The notes under the pieces were generated by a model that was given only the letters and a program-made list of their open reading frames with translations, searched no databases and was not told the origin of the DNA. The position numbers and the translations under genes were made by a program. DNA of 64,000 nucleotides, from the NCBI GenBank assembly GCA_028718605.1, contig JAQULM010000001.1, forward strand, positions 193,699 through 257,698, written 5' to 3'. Source of the stretch: Patescibacteria group bacterium (lineage in GTDB: Bacteria; Patescibacteriota; Patescibacteriia; UBA10025; JAHIVO01). Of this stretch, positions 47,378 to 57,728 are shown piece after piece; positions within the stretch are counted from its first letter, which is position 1, and every line of letters starts with the position of its first letter.

Positions 47378-48385
47378 TTGTACTGCTGGTTTTCATGGAA
47401 CCCATGTATGTTTCAGAACTTCACACCAATGTCATACTCACTCATCCTCATACTGCTCGTCGTCGGTGCAGTTATTTTTTGGTTATACAAGGAAAACATT
47501 AAGGTACGCTCAAACTTTTCCGTGCTCAAACTCTACTCAAGAGACCTCTCGGCGCTCGCCCGCGCGGATGAGCTGGATCCGGTCATTGGCCGCGAGCATG
47601 AAGTCGAGCGCCTCATACAGATACTTTCGCGCCGGACAAAAAACAACCCCGTGCTGATTGGCCAGTCAGGTGTCGGAAAAACGGCGATCGTCGAAGGGCT
47701 GGCGAATAAAATCGCGGCTGGCAACGTGACAACCACTCTCACAAACAAACGCGTTTTATCTCTCGACTTGTCGGGCCTGGTCGCCGGTACGAAATACCGC
47801 GGTGAATTCGAGAAGCGCCTCAAATCGCTGGTTGATGAAATCATCGCTGCCAAGCGCGAAATCATTCTATTTATCGATGAAATGCATACGCTGGCAGACG
47901 CCGGCCAGGCAACCGGCGCGATTGACGCCGCAGACATCCTCAAACCGGCATTGGCGCGCGGCGAACTGCAAGTGATTGGCGCAACGACCATGGAAGAGTA
48001 CAAGAAATACGTGGAGCGTGACGCGACACTCGAACGCCGGTTCCAGCCGATCATGATCGATGAGCCGTCAGCAGAAAACACCGTCGAAATCCTGAAAGGC
48101 ATCCGCTCGCGCTACGAAAACCACCACCAGGTGAAAATCAGCGATGACGCGCTCAAGGCGTGCGTCGAGCTTTCCGGCAAATACATCCACGACCGCGTGT
48201 ACCCGGATAAAGCGATTGACCTCATGGACGAGGCTGCGGCAAAAGTGAAGCTCGCGAGCATTGCCCGCAAACCAACGATGCGCGCGGAAATGCTCACGGT
48301 TGGCCCGCAGGATATCGAGTCTGTGATTTCAGAATGGAAAGAGATCGGCCTCGGCATCTCAACGTCGGAAAACAAAAAAGGCTGA
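47378..48385 (+). CDS. Membrane-anchored Clp/Hsp100 D1-only AAA+ ATPase (ClpB/ClpC nucleotide-binding domain 1, without the N-domain, M-domain or D2)
   Basis: An N-terminal TM helix is present. The sequence reads [44 protein letters not shown]...[10 protein letters not shown]...[10 protein letters not shown]...[14 protein letters not shown]. The protein ends after a ClpB-like [17 protein letters not shown]. Confidence 0.7.
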   Translation: MYCWFSWNPCMFQNFTPMSYSLILILLVVGAVIFWLYKENIKVRSNFSVLKLYSRDLSALARADELDPVIGREHEVERLIQILSRRTKNNPVLIGQSGVGKTAIVEGLANKIAAGNVTTTLTNKRVLSLDLSGLVAGTKYRGEFEKRLKSLVDEIIAAKREIILFIDEMHTLADAGQATGAIDAADILKPALARGELQVIGATTMEEYKKYVERDATLERRFQPIMIDEPSAENTVEILKGIRSRYENHHQVKISDDALKACVELSGKYIHDRVYPDKAIDLMDEAAAKVKLASIARKPTMRAEMLTVGPQDIESVISEWKEIGLGISTSENKKG

Positions 48386-48415
48386 TTTTCTAACTACCAT
48401 AATTAGCACACTCCT

Positions 48416-49270
48416 ATGCCGGAACATACATCGGATACTTTTAACGCCATTGGCCAGCACGATTCCCCTCCCACAACGGGTGATGCTCCTGACGAAAGAA
48501 TACCGGTAACCGAAGTCGGGGAACCTGCAGAAACGACGCTCGAATCAGTAAACAACGTAGAACAACTTCTCGCTGCCTGGCTTAAGGAAAGCCGTGAAAC
48601 AACCGATAAAGACAGAAAGGTGGAATTGGCATACTGCATTCTGCAGATGAAGCAGGCGCTCGGCCTGGCACAGCTTGACGCCAGCGAAGTTCGAATCAGG
48701 GATTATGATCCTGGCACCGGGACTGTCGGTTTTTATGAAGAACAAAATGGTCAAACTGGTCAAGTCGGCATAACACCCAAAGGCCTCGAATTGCCGCCGG
48801 AGCATTTTGCAGACGTCTTGGTCCATGAAAGCGCGCATGCCGGAAAAAACACGCACGGCAGAAGAATTTTTGACGAAGGCTTTTGCGAGCTCCTCACGGT
48901 CAAAATTCTGCCCAACGCAATCCGCGGATTCTACCAGAAGGAACAGCAAAAAGCCCGCGAACTGTTCGATGAAGCGCACATGAACGATGCCCTGGAAAAA
49001 TACGATTTCGATAACCCGATGGCGCTCGTCGTGTATTACCTCGGCGTTGAACTGCATGACCGCTGGTCCCGCGTAAAAGCTGATTTTGCCCGAGAACAGT
49101 CAGACCCTGCGTTCGACGAGGCCGCTTTCCTGAAAAAATTCTTGGATGATAATGAAGACATCGAGCAGCAGTTAAAAGAAGGCGCGCCGGATATTTACCG
49201 TAAAATCGAAGCGGTCGGACTCGATTACGACAAAGCCGCGCTGGATATTCTAAAACATTTGGCAGCATAA
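48416..49270 (+). CDS. Hypothetical protein with an HExxH motif (VLVHESAHAG)
   Basis: The gene lies 30 nt downstream of the Clp-like gene. Confidence 0.45.
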   Translation: MPEHTSDTFNAIGQHDSPPTTGDAPDERIPVTEVGEPAETTLESVNNVEQLLAAWLKESRETTDKDRKVELAYCILQMKQALGLAQLDASEVRIRDYDPGTGTVGFYEEQNGQTGQVGITPKGLELPPEHFADVLVHESAHAGKNTHGRRIFDEGFCELLTVKILPNAIRGFYQKEQQKARELFDEAHMNDALEKYDFDNPMALVVYYLGVELHDRWSRVKADFAREQSDPAFDEAAFLKKFLDDNEDIEQQLKEGAPDIYRKIEAVGLDYDKAALDILKHLAA

Positions 49271-49378
49271 GGGGGCAAGGACCAACTGCCATACACGCCC
49301 GAACCGTGCGCATCAACGCGGTACTGTTCGTTTTTTGATTGCCGAAAGCGCCCAAAAACGCTACAATGCAAACATACT

Positions 49379-50752
49379 ATGCTTACGCTGTACAACACGC
49401 TGACGAAGAAAAAGCAGGAGTTCAAGCCGCTCCACGGCAACGAAGTCGGCTTGTATACGTGTGGCCCGACCGTGTACGACTACGCCCACATCGGCAACCT
49501 GCGCACGTACCTTTTTGAGGACATCTTAAAACGCACGCTGTTCGCGAACGGCTACGCAATCAAACACGTGATGAATATCACCGACGTGGGGCACCTCACG
49601 TCGGACGCTGACGAAGGCGAAGACAAAATGGAGAAAGGCAGCAAACGCGAGGGCAAGAGCGCATGGGACATTGCGAAATTTTATACTGGCGCGTTCCGCC
49701 AAAACTTACGTGACCTCAATATCACCGAGCCGGACATTTGGTGCCGTGCGACCGACCATATCCCCGAACAAATCGACTGGATTAAAAAGCTGGAAGAAAA
49801 AGGTTTTACGTACCGCACGTCAGACGGGATTTATTTTGATACGTCAAAATTCCCCAACTACGGCGCGCTCTCAGGCCAAAAACTCACTGATCTCAAGGAA
49901 GGCGCGCGCGTGGAAAAGAACCGTGAAAAACACAACCCGACCGACTTCGCGCTCTGGAAATTCTCGCCCAAAGGCGAAAAGCGCCAAATGGAATGGGACA
50001 GCCCCTGGGGCAAAGGCTTCCCGGGATGGCACATCGAGTGCTCGACCATGAGCGTCAAATACCTCGGTGAGACGTTTGACATCCACTGTGGCGGCATCGA
50101 CCACATTCCCACCCACCATACGAACGAGATTGCACAGGCAGAAGCGGTGACGGGAAAACCGCTCGCGCAGTTCTGGGTGCACGGCGAATTTCTGGTGCTC
50201 AAGGAAAAACGCATGGGTAAATCAGAAGGTAACCTTATCACTATACAGACGTTAAAAGATAAAGGGTATGATCCCCTCGCCTACCGTTTGCTCTGTCTCG
50301 GCACGCACTACCGCCAGAAACTGACATTCTCCTGGGAAGCGCTCGACAGCGCCCAGCGCACGCTCGACAACCTGTACGCGCTAACTGCTGGACTTGGCAA
50401 GCCCGGCACAATACTCGCAACATATGAAAAAAAATTCATAGCCGCCGTTAATGACGATTTAAATACGCCCAAGGGTCTCGCCGTCGTCTGGGACCTGCTC
50501 AAATCATCAGAACCAGCCGAATCGAAGAAGGCGACGCTCCTTAAGTTCGACGAAGTGCTCGGCCTCAAGCTCGCTGGCGCTCAACCGATTGTTATCCCGG
50601 ATACTATAAAAAAAATTTCGCAGGAACGTCAAGCGAAACGTGATGTAAAAGACTGGCAATCAGCAGACGCGCTACGCGGACAAATCGAAACTGCCGGCTT
50701 TTCTGTTGATGATACGCCAGCAGGATCAGTAATTAAAAAACTACGGAAATAA
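49379..50752 (+). CDS. cysS: Cysteine--tRNA ligase
   Basis: The N-terminus reads [17 protein letters not shown]...[20 protein letters not shown]. The KMSKS variant KRMGKSEGN is present. Confidence 0.95.
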   Translation: MLTLYNTLTKKKQEFKPLHGNEVGLYTCGPTVYDYAHIGNLRTYLFEDILKRTLFANGYAIKHVMNITDVGHLTSDADEGEDKMEKGSKREGKSAWDIAKFYTGAFRQNLRDLNITEPDIWCRATDHIPEQIDWIKKLEEKGFTYRTSDGIYFDTSKFPNYGALSGQKLTDLKEGARVEKNREKHNPTDFALWKFSPKGEKRQMEWDSPWGKGFPGWHIECSTMSVKYLGETFDIHCGGIDHIPTHHTNEIAQAEAVTGKPLAQFWVHGEFLVLKEKRMGKSEGNLITIQTLKDKGYDPLAYRLLCLGTHYRQKLTFSWEALDSAQRTLDNLYALTAGLGKPGTILATYEKKFIAAVNDDLNTPKGLAVVWDLLKSSEPAESKKATLLKFDEVLGLKLAGAQPIVIPDTIKKISQERQAKRDVKDWQSADALRGQIETAGFSVDDTPAGSVIKKLRK

Positions 50753-50771
50753 TTATTACCTCCTACTCCAC

Positions 50772-51641
50772 ATGGTGGGCTTCCTTTTTGCCATAGCCGC
50801 GGCTGCAGTATTTGCCATACGCGAGGGTGCGAATAAAAAGCTTACCGAGCGCATGGACGTGAGCGTTCTCGTCTGGGGGTCGATACTGCTCTCGCTCGTA
50901 TTTTTCGCGGGTGCGTTTGCCGTAGAAGGCATGCCGGTGATAGAGCCGTCGTACTGGATTATATTGCCAATCGCGGTTGTCATGGCGACAACGACGAGCG
51001 TCCTCCTGATCCGCGCGCTCCAGTGCTCGCCGCTTTCGCTGACTCTCCCCTTCCTTTCGTTTTCCCCTGCTTTCATGATTTTCACCTCATATATCATGCT
51101 CGGCGAGATGCCAAACACGTGGGGTATCATCGGAATCGGGTTTATCGTACTTGGTTCATACCTCATTAACCTTGAGAAGGCGCGCCAGGGATTTCTCGCG
51201 CCCGTGAAAGCAATCTGGCATGAAAAGGGCAGTTTCTACGCTTTGCTTGTTGCGATAATCTGGAGCGTATCTTCAAACATCGATAAAATGGCACTTGAGC
51301 GCTCATCAGCCTTTTTCTATTTATTGACGGTCAACATTGGAGTGCTGATCCCTCTGACGGTATACCTGCTCTACACCCGCAAGCGATTTCTCCGGCAAAC
51401 CAAAGAGCATTTTGGGCTCCTGGCAACGGTCGCTACCCTGAGCAGCATCGGTTCCGGGTTTCAGATGCTCGCAATCGCGCGCATTCTCGTTCCCTACGTC
51501 ATCGCAATCAAACGGGGCGGCACTATCTTGGGCAGTATCATTTTGGGAAAAATTTACTTCCATGAAAAAAACATTGCGTACCGCCTGATCGGCGCCACTG
51601 CGATGATTATCGGCATTCTCTTTATTCTTGTATTCCATTAA
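50772..51641 (+). CDS. EamA/DMT family membrane transporter
   Basis: Ten TM helices with a duplicated EamA-like pattern. Confidence 0.55.
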   Translation: MVGFLFAIAAAAVFAIREGANKKLTERMDVSVLVWGSILLSLVFFAGAFAVEGMPVIEPSYWIILPIAVVMATTTSVLLIRALQCSPLSLTLPFLSFSPAFMIFTSYIMLGEMPNTWGIIGIGFIVLGSYLINLEKARQGFLAPVKAIWHEKGSFYALLVAIIWSVSSNIDKMALERSSAFFYLLTVNIGVLIPLTVYLLYTRKRFLRQTKEHFGLLATVATLSSIGSGFQMLAIARILVPYVIAIKRGGTILGSIILGKIYFHEKNIAYRLIGATAMIIGILFILVFH

Positions 51642-51686
51642 ACCGCTGACTGGCCTATACTATACGTGCGTTAACCGAAACACATT

Positions 51687-51827
51687 ATGGACAAGCCCCA
51701 GCTCGACACCGAAGTCAAAACAAAGCTCAAAACCAGCACCAAGATCGTACTGATCGTGGGGATTATCGCCGCTGTTTTCGCCGCTATCGGGTTTATCTTT
51801 TCGCTCCCGGCGTTTTCAGGAAACTAA
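51687..51827 (+). CDS. Possible 46-aa single-TM peptide
   Basis: The peptide is MDKPQLDTEVKTKLKTSTKIVLIVGIIAAVFAAIGFIFSLPAFSGN. The RBS is poor. Confidence 0.25.
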   Translation: MDKPQLDTEVKTKLKTSTKIVLIVGIIAAVFAAIGFIFSLPAFSGN

Positions 51828-51902
51828 TTTCTACAACGACCAGTTTTAAAAACTCCCCCGTTTTTAACACGCGGGTGTTTGTTGGTGCTTTGATTCATAC
51901 GT

Positions 51903-52610
51903 TTACGGCTCTTCCTCGATGTACTGCCGCTTCTTTTTCTGGCCGGCGCCGCCCTTGAAGATGAACATGGCAACCGCAGGCCCGATGATCCAGACATTCT
52001 GGGCAAAATCAGTCGTGAATATTCGGAGCGTCAACGGCGCGAGGACGCCATCCAGCGATTCACGCGGGATGTACGACAGTATGACACTCACGAGCAGACC
52101 GACATGCAATATGCTATAGAGCAACACCTGCCACCACGGCCCCGGCGTGTCGGACGACGCGATTGTTTTCAGGAGGGCGCTTCTCGTAATCACAAAAAAT
52201 AATATGACAAACAAAAGGAGGAACGCCGAGATCTGGAATACGAAAAATTGGCCAACCGCATTGTTTATCATGTGCTGGAATCCTGCATTGTTAACAATCG
52301 GCGCGTGCTCAACGATTGCCAGCGACATATAAATGCTCACGAGTATGACAATAATCCGGTCGCGGCCAAGCGAAAGGCCGTACAGAAACGCGGCAATGAC
52401 AAAAAAGAGAACGATGAACAGGTCCCACGTCGGCCGTGTCCAATCAATATTCTGCATGAATGACGCTGTACCTGCCGCGGCATTGACCGTGCCCGCAGCA
52501 ACCGCGACTGGAATCATAAACGTATGGTTTGTGTTTACCTCCACCTTGAGTATATCACAAAATTGCAGTTTTTGCAAGTGATGGCGGAAATAAAAACAGG
52601 CCGGCATCAC
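51903..52610 (-). CDS. Hypothetical polytopic membrane protein
   Basis: Supported by hydropathy. The start is uncertain. Confidence 0.45.
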   Translation of the reverse strand: MMPACFYFRHHLQKLQFCDILKVEVNTNHTFMIPVAVAAGTVNAAAGTASFMQNIDWTRPTWDLFIVLFFVIAAFLYGLSLGRDRIIVILVSIYMSLAIVEHAPIVNNAGFQHMINNAVGQFFVFQISAFLLLFVILFFVITRSALLKTIASSDTPGPWWQVLLYSILHVGLLVSVILSYIPRESLDGVLAPLTLRIFTTDFAQNVWIIGPAVAMFIFKGGAGQKKKRQYIEEEP

Positions 52611-52818
52611 GAACGCCGGCCTGCAATTATCATACTAGCAACATGTTCCGCCTGGCATAGTAAATAGTAAGGTTTTTAAAATGCTGTACCAATACCTGTG
52701 GTGGGGGTATAGCTCTAGAGCGCCCCCCTGTTTGAAATTGGTCAAATCAGGCAATGTAAAAAAGGAAAAGCCGGATCCTGTGCAAGGACCCGGCTTGGCT
52801 ATCATTGGCATAATCACG

Positions 52819-53214
52819 TCATGCCCGGTAAATCGCGCTTACCACCACTGGAAACTCCTCGATCTTCTCGGCAGCCCCGTCAGACTCAGAAGCAATGGCG
52901 ATGCACAGCCTTTTGTTGGGACTGATAAGACCAGGCAGCTGCGCCGCTGGGTCGCGAACGACGCGAACGCGTTTCGCGTCCTCTGGCTGAAAACTGGTGC
53001 CTGCCAGAGCGTGGAGAAACTCGCGAAACAAGCGCGGGCTTACCTTCGACGCAGACGATTCATGCATCCGGATGTAGCCATGCTCATTAACAGGCCCCTC
53101 GAATATACGGACTGCATATTCATCGCCGGACTGCATCACCGCAAATGCACGCTGGCCGGCAACCAAGGCGCGCGGATCAAACGTCGTATCCGTGCGCTTT
53201 ACTCTTAAGGTCAT
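52819..53214 (-). CDS. Hypothetical protein downstream of dnaJ
   Basis: The ORF is 131 aa with no recognised motif. Confidence 0.45.
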   Translation of the reverse strand: MTLRVKRTDTTFDPRALVAGQRAFAVMQSGDEYAVRIFEGPVNEHGYIRMHESSASKVSPRLFREFLHALAGTSFQPEDAKRVRVVRDPAAQLPGLISPNKRLCIAIASESDGAAEKIEEFPVVVSAIYRA

Positions 53215-53300
53215 GATGTACTCCTTCTGGTAACGATGTTGATTTTACCATTTCAAACAACCGTACCAGAAATCCGGCACGGTGTCAACCCGAGTAAAAA

Positions 53301-54425
53301 CTATTCAAGCTCGGTAAACCGCTCGAGGAGCTCCCGCTGGGCATGCGACAGGTGCTCGGGCGTAACAACGTTCACGGTCACGAGATGGTCTCCCCTGCCG
53401 CGTGAATGGAGGTGGGGCACGCCCTTGCTGTCCAGCCGAAATACCTTGCCGGACTGGGTCCCAGCCGGGATTTTCAGGATGACTTCGCCGTCAATCGTCA
53501 GCACCGGTATTTTTGCTCCGAGCGCTGCCTGGGGAAATGATATATTCGCTTCAGATAGGATATCGTCGGCCTCGCGCCTGAAATCAGGATCTTTATGAAC
53601 GCGTATCGTCAAGAACAGGTCACCGACGGCACCGCCGCGCGCACCCGCCTCTCCCTTGCCGGACAAACGGATCACCTGCCCGTCGCTGATACCCGCAGGA
53701 ATCTTCACCTTTAACTTTTCCGTTTCCTTCTTGCGCCCTTCGCCACGGCATACTGAACACTTCTTCGAGGCTCGTTTGCCCTCGCCCTTGCAGTCAGGGC
53801 ACGGTACAGCAGTCTGGAACGACCCGAGGATCGTGCGCTGCACCCGGGCAACCTGCCCGCTGCCGCCGCACGTCGGGCATGTTTCAACCTTGGTTCCAGG
53901 TTCCGCGCCATTGCCGCCACAGTGCGGACACACAGTTTGCTTGTACAGGTCAATAATTTTATCGACACCGAACGCCGCTTCCCGAAATTCAACTGTCATC
54001 TCCGCCTGGATATCCTGGCCGCGCCGCGATGCACGCCCTCCCCGCGCCGTGCGCCTGCCGAATCCGAAGAGGTCGCCGAAAATATCGCCGAGGTCGTTCA
54101 TGTCAAACTCCGCTCCCTGCTGTGAAAAACCGCCCCCGAACGGCCCTGCGCCTCCCTGCGCACGCGCAAAATCGTCCCAGGAGAAGCCGCCAGCGCCAGG
54201 GCCCCCTGCACCCCCGCTGAACGCCTGGCCAAACTGGTCATACTGCTTGCGCTTGTCAGGATTGGACAGCACCTGGTATGCCCCGTTGATTTCCTTGAAT
54301 TTCGCTTCATCGCCGCCTGCTTTATCGGGGTGATGCTGGTGTGCGAGCGTGCGGTACGCGCGCTTTATTTCGTCCGGTGACGCGCTCCGCGAAACGCCGA
54401 GTATTTCATAAAAATCCTTTGCCAT
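53301..54425 (-). CDS. dnaJ: Chaperone DnaJ
   Basis: The J-domain MAKDFYEILGVSRSASPDEIKRAYRTLAHQHHPDK is followed by a G/F-rich region and four CxxCxGxG zinc repeats. Confidence 0.95.
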   Translation of the reverse strand: MAKDFYEILGVSRSASPDEIKRAYRTLAHQHHPDKAGGDEAKFKEINGAYQVLSNPDKRKQYDQFGQAFSGGAGGPGAGGFSWDDFARAQGGAGPFGGGFSQQGAEFDMNDLGDIFGDLFGFGRRTARGGRASRRGQDIQAEMTVEFREAAFGVDKIIDLYKQTVCPHCGGNGAEPGTKVETCPTCGGSGQVARVQRTILGSFQTAVPCPDCKGEGKRASKKCSVCRGEGRKKETEKLKVKIPAGISDGQVIRLSGKGEAGARGGAVGDLFLTIRVHKDPDFRREADDILSEANISFPQAALGAKIPVLTIDGEVILKIPAGTQSGKVFRLDSKGVPHLHSRGRGDHLVTVNVVTPEHLSHAQRELLERFTELE

Positions 54426-54432
54426 AGTGCGC

Positions 54433-55476
54433 TTACAGTTTTATCCGTTCAACCTCGATCTGTTCCTTCTCCACGCGTATGAACTTCGTCCATTTCAGTA
54501 TGCAGAACATAAAAAAGCTGAATGATTTAATAAGCTCCCGGTACAGAAAACTAAAAATATTCAGGAGGAAGAAAAGCCCGACAGCCATGATGGCAGGGAA
54601 AAACTTCAGGTACGGGTCGATGTAGGTACTCAAGTTTTTTTCAACGATTTTCCGGACAACGTCGCGCACCTCCTCGTCCCCCGCCGCTTCGATTTTCAAG
54701 GATTTTAGCAGCTCTTCACGCACGCGCGTTATTGACTCAAGTTTCGCCGATTCAGCGGTTTCGTCCAGCACCCGGTCGATTTCATCGCTGCCGGTATCAT
54801 TGGGCAGGACGTTCTCGATCTCGCCAATGCCAACGGTTTCAATAAAGGTATCGAGCTCCATGTGCGGGTTGTATTTGTCTTTGAAATACATGCGCAGGAT
54901 ATTCTCCGCGGCTACCGTCCCATCGTCAATAAGGCTCTTCTCGAGCCTGTCTGAGGCATCATTGCCGGTCACGAGGTAGCTGTAGTACGTAAATGATGCT
55001 GCGAGCAGCACAAGCGTTACGGCGGTCTTCAGGCCAACATTGACCGTCCGCGTCGGCATGAATTTCACCCGGGAACTCCCGTCAATCCGAATTTCGCGGC
55101 GCCAGTACAGGAATGCGAGTGCCATAATGAGGTACCCGATAAAACTCCACACCGAGAACCTGAAAAAAACAAACACCGTTGCCGGCGCGGCCAGCGCCAT
55201 GGCGAGCAACATGAGCTTGCCCCGAATGAGCAGCTCCGCGGCCGCGAGCAGGCAAAACATCAGGCTGAACGCAAGGAGCGTCGTCACGGCAACCATGACA
55301 TTGCGGGATGCCGTTGAAAGCGTAATGCCGGTCACCAGCGCATTGTGCCATACGAGCCAGAACAACGCCGTGCTCCCGACCACCAGGCACAGAAGGACAA
55401 TGACCTTGCCGATCGGTTGGGGCTCTTTCTTTTGCTCCGGTTTTTTCAGGTCTTCCAGTTTTTTATCGACACGCAT
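54433..55476 (-). CDS. Hypothetical membrane protein
   Basis: The start was moved to the internal ATG (MRVDKKLEDL...). Several TM helices are predicted. Confidence 0.45.
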   Translation of the reverse strand: MRVDKKLEDLKKPEQKKEPQPIGKVIVLLCLVVGSTALFWLVWHNALVTGITLSTASRNVMVAVTTLLAFSLMFCLLAAAELLIRGKLMLLAMALAAPATVFVFFRFSVWSFIGYLIMALAFLYWRREIRIDGSSRVKFMPTRTVNVGLKTAVTLVLLAASFTYYSYLVTGNDASDRLEKSLIDDGTVAAENILRMYFKDKYNPHMELDTFIETVGIGEIENVLPNDTGSDEIDRVLDETAESAKLESITRVREELLKSLKIEAAGDEEVRDVVRKIVEKNLSTYIDPYLKFFPAIMAVGLFFLLNIFSFLYRELIKSFSFFMFCILKWTKFIRVEKEQIEVERIKL

Positions 55477-55511
55477 AGGTATGCTCAGTAAAATACTTGG
55501 ATAGCGTTGCG

Positions 55512-55817
55512 TTAGGCCGTCTTGAACCCGATCTCGTTGGCCGAAGGGCCTGCTGCAATCTCGATTTTCCCGAACTTTGCTTCGTACTTTTTGATATTTT
55601 CCTCGAGCGCCTTGAAAATGCGCTTCACGTGCCCGGGCGAGGTGATGACGCGCGACGTTACCACACCGGCGCGCTGCCACGGGTAAATGTTCATGAAGTC
55701 GAGCACAAACTCCTCTTTTGAATGCGAAATGCCCATTGCGTTCGCGTACGTGCCCTTCAGCGTCGCGTCATCGATTTTGATGTTGATCTGCTGCTGTTGC
55801 TGCGGTTGGTTGTCCAT
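55512..55817 (-). CDS. DUF3467 family protein
   Basis: The segment ...NAMGISHSKEEFVLDFMNIYP... fits the family. Confidence 0.55.
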   Translation of the reverse strand: MDNQPQQQQQINIKIDDATLKGTYANAMGISHSKEEFVLDFMNIYPWQRAGVVTSRVITSPGHVKRIFKALEENIKKYEAKFGKIEIAAGPSANEIGFKTA

Positions 55818-56009
55818 AGAATGGTATATGAGTTAATAATTGTGTGTAATTATATCACGAATGTGGTTATTGGGGGTATGCATTGTTCTTTGCGTTTCGT
55901 GGCGATGTGGCGATTATTTGACAGACAAACGACGATGCCGTACACTCTGTACCATTATCTCACTGCATGAAACAAACACACACCCAAAGCGTACAAAGGA
56001 GGTACTCGC

Positions 56010-56342
56010 ATGGCCGGTTATGCAATCAAGGAAGTGATTGACAACTCCAGGCATGGAAAAATGTCAATCAAGCACGACGGCGGCACGTTCTACGTCACCA
56101 AGGACGACCTCGTGGCTGGCGTTACGGTCCTCGAGCTGGCACCGGAAGAGACCGGGGAGATGCTCGAGCGGATCGGCACCAAAGGATGCGTGTTGACAGT
56201 GACTGCCGCGACCCGCGATAGTATTCTGGACGCGCTCGGAATTCCCGCTGAGGAGCGCGAATCCCTCGCAACGCAGGAAGATCTCGCCGCTGCCGCACTC
56301 GAGGTGGACAGCCAACCCCACCGCCATTCCCACACGCCGTAA
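56010..56342 (+). CDS. Hypothetical protein
   Basis: A strong RBS aaaggagg precedes the ATG. Confidence 0.6.
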   Translation: MAGYAIKEVIDNSRHGKMSIKHDGGTFYVTKDDLVAGVTVLELAPEETGEMLERIGTKGCVLTVTAATRDSILDALGIPAEERESLATQEDLAAAALEVDSQPHRHSHTP

Positions 56343-56634
56343 TCCAGCACCCTGCCCGTCGAAATACTCAGGAGCTCCAGCGGTCATTGCGACCAACGGG
56401 GCTCCTTCTATTACCCCGCTTATAAATTGACGCTTTCTCAAAGATCACTTATAGTTCCTGCTGCACATTGCCCTCCAAGCGCTCTTCTTGCTGCTAACCT
56501 TCCCGCAGTATTCTCGAGCGCGTGTGCGGATGAATTGCTCTTCCGCGCAAACGGGTCGCTGATGGTACGCTCCCGTGAATGCGTACCTCCACTTTTTTCC
56601 ACGGAGCCCTCCCACAAGGGCTCCCCCATTACCC

Positions 56635-56671
56635 GGCTCGCCTCCCCCTCACGTTTTTTGGGAGGCGGGCC
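56635..56671 (+). other. Very stable 12-bp stem hairpin with a U-rich loop, preceded by a second 7-bp hairpin at 56603-56624
   Basis: The hairpin is ggctcgcctccc[cctcacgtttttt]gggaggcgggcc and is followed by acttttatt. Confidence 0.5.
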
Positions 56672-56678
56672 ACTTTTA

Positions 56679-56708
56679 TTGACAATAGCGCGGGCTCCAG
56701 AATATTAT
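56679..56708 (+). promoter_or_regulatory. Sigma70-like promoter TTGACA-N18-TATTAT with no downstream CDS (candidate sRNA promoter)
   Basis: The sequence is ttgacaatagcgcgggctccagaatattat. A 10-bp perfect-stem hairpin at 56795-56825 and a T7 run at 56852 lie downstream. Confidence 0.4.
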
Positions 56709-57241
56709 GGGATAAACATACACACACCAACACAGAAAACAAACCACTCAATATAGATAACAGGGCGCAGCAACCCCTGGTTCCTCCCACAATCGCCCGC
56801 GGCGCATACTACCCTCGCCGCGGGCAACTTATAATATTTGAAACGTACGTTGAGTGCTTTTTTTCAGTACCCTTGACAATATGATTAATTGTAACTAACC
56901 TTTTATTGCCATCGTCGCCCTATCACTCTCCCTGCTATGTGTAGGGCATCATGGCACATGCCCAGCGGGTGGTAGCCGCATCCTTACACCAACAAAACTA
57001 CTGCCCCGGGCTTCCCTGCAAGTACCGTGATAAGACATGCTCTCCCAGGGCGTGGCTTATCAGAGCAAGCTGGCGTTTGCGATGTGTGATACTTCATGCT
57101 TTTCCAACCTCCTCGCGTGAGGTATCATACCAAGCCGTGCTTGCTGCATTATTGAGTCAGGTATCCACCCCCGGGTGCCTGGCTCAAATTTTTTTTTCAA
57201 AGAAACCCAACCTTTGTCATGCTAAACTTAATTCAGCATCT

Positions 57242-57709
57242 CTATTTCTTCCTCTCCAAATAATAATCATCAATGGCACGCACGAGCTCAACCGGCTTTG
57301 CGTCAAAAATCCACTCATGCTTGCCCTTGGTGCTATCATTCTCAACAATCAGCGTGTAGCAGTTCGCCATCGAGAGCAGGCAGTGCGGCATGGCAATATG
57401 GAAATGCCATTTCTCGCCTGTCTTGACGTACTTCCGCACCAAATCAAGCGCCTCATGCTTCACTGGCTTCCGGTTGCGGCGTTTGGGCTTATTGAGCTGG
57501 TACGCGTGTTCCTCAAGCTCCTCGCGGAGCTCTTTGGACGAATCGCAGTACAGCATGTCGTCTCCGCATTCGAAAACGATTATTTCCTTTCCTGTGTCAT
57601 TCGCGTAGCATTCCCGCGACAAACAATGGTGGTGCCATCCAGCGCCGGCCTTCATCGCCCGCTCGCGTATTTCATCTTGGGTGGCCTTTTTTCCGAGTTT
57701 TGTAATCAT
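57242..57709 (-). CDS. Hypothetical Cys/His-rich protein
   Basis: The sequence ...GWHHHCLSRECYANDTGKEIIVFECGDDMLYCDSS... has a non-repetitive composition. The antisense ORF 56951-57799 was rejected. Confidence 0.5.
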   Translation of the reverse strand: MITKLGKKATQDEIRERAMKAGAGWHHHCLSRECYANDTGKEIIVFECGDDMLYCDSSKELREELEEHAYQLNKPKRRNRKPVKHEALDLVRKYVKTGEKWHFHIAMPHCLLSMANCYTLIVENDSTKGKHEWIFDAKPVELVRAIDDYYLERKK

Positions 57710-57728
57710 TGGATATATCGAGAATTTA

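Noticed and set aside
56690-57010. RNase P RNA, suggested by GCGGGCUCCA resembling the P4 5' strand and CCCGGGCUU resembling the P4 3' strand about 300 nt apart.
   Set aside because: The intervening sequence is AT-rich and lacks the universally conserved GGUAA, AAGGGUGAAA and P15 to P18 region motifs. No P1 pairing is evident. An Rfam scan is needed for a definitive call.
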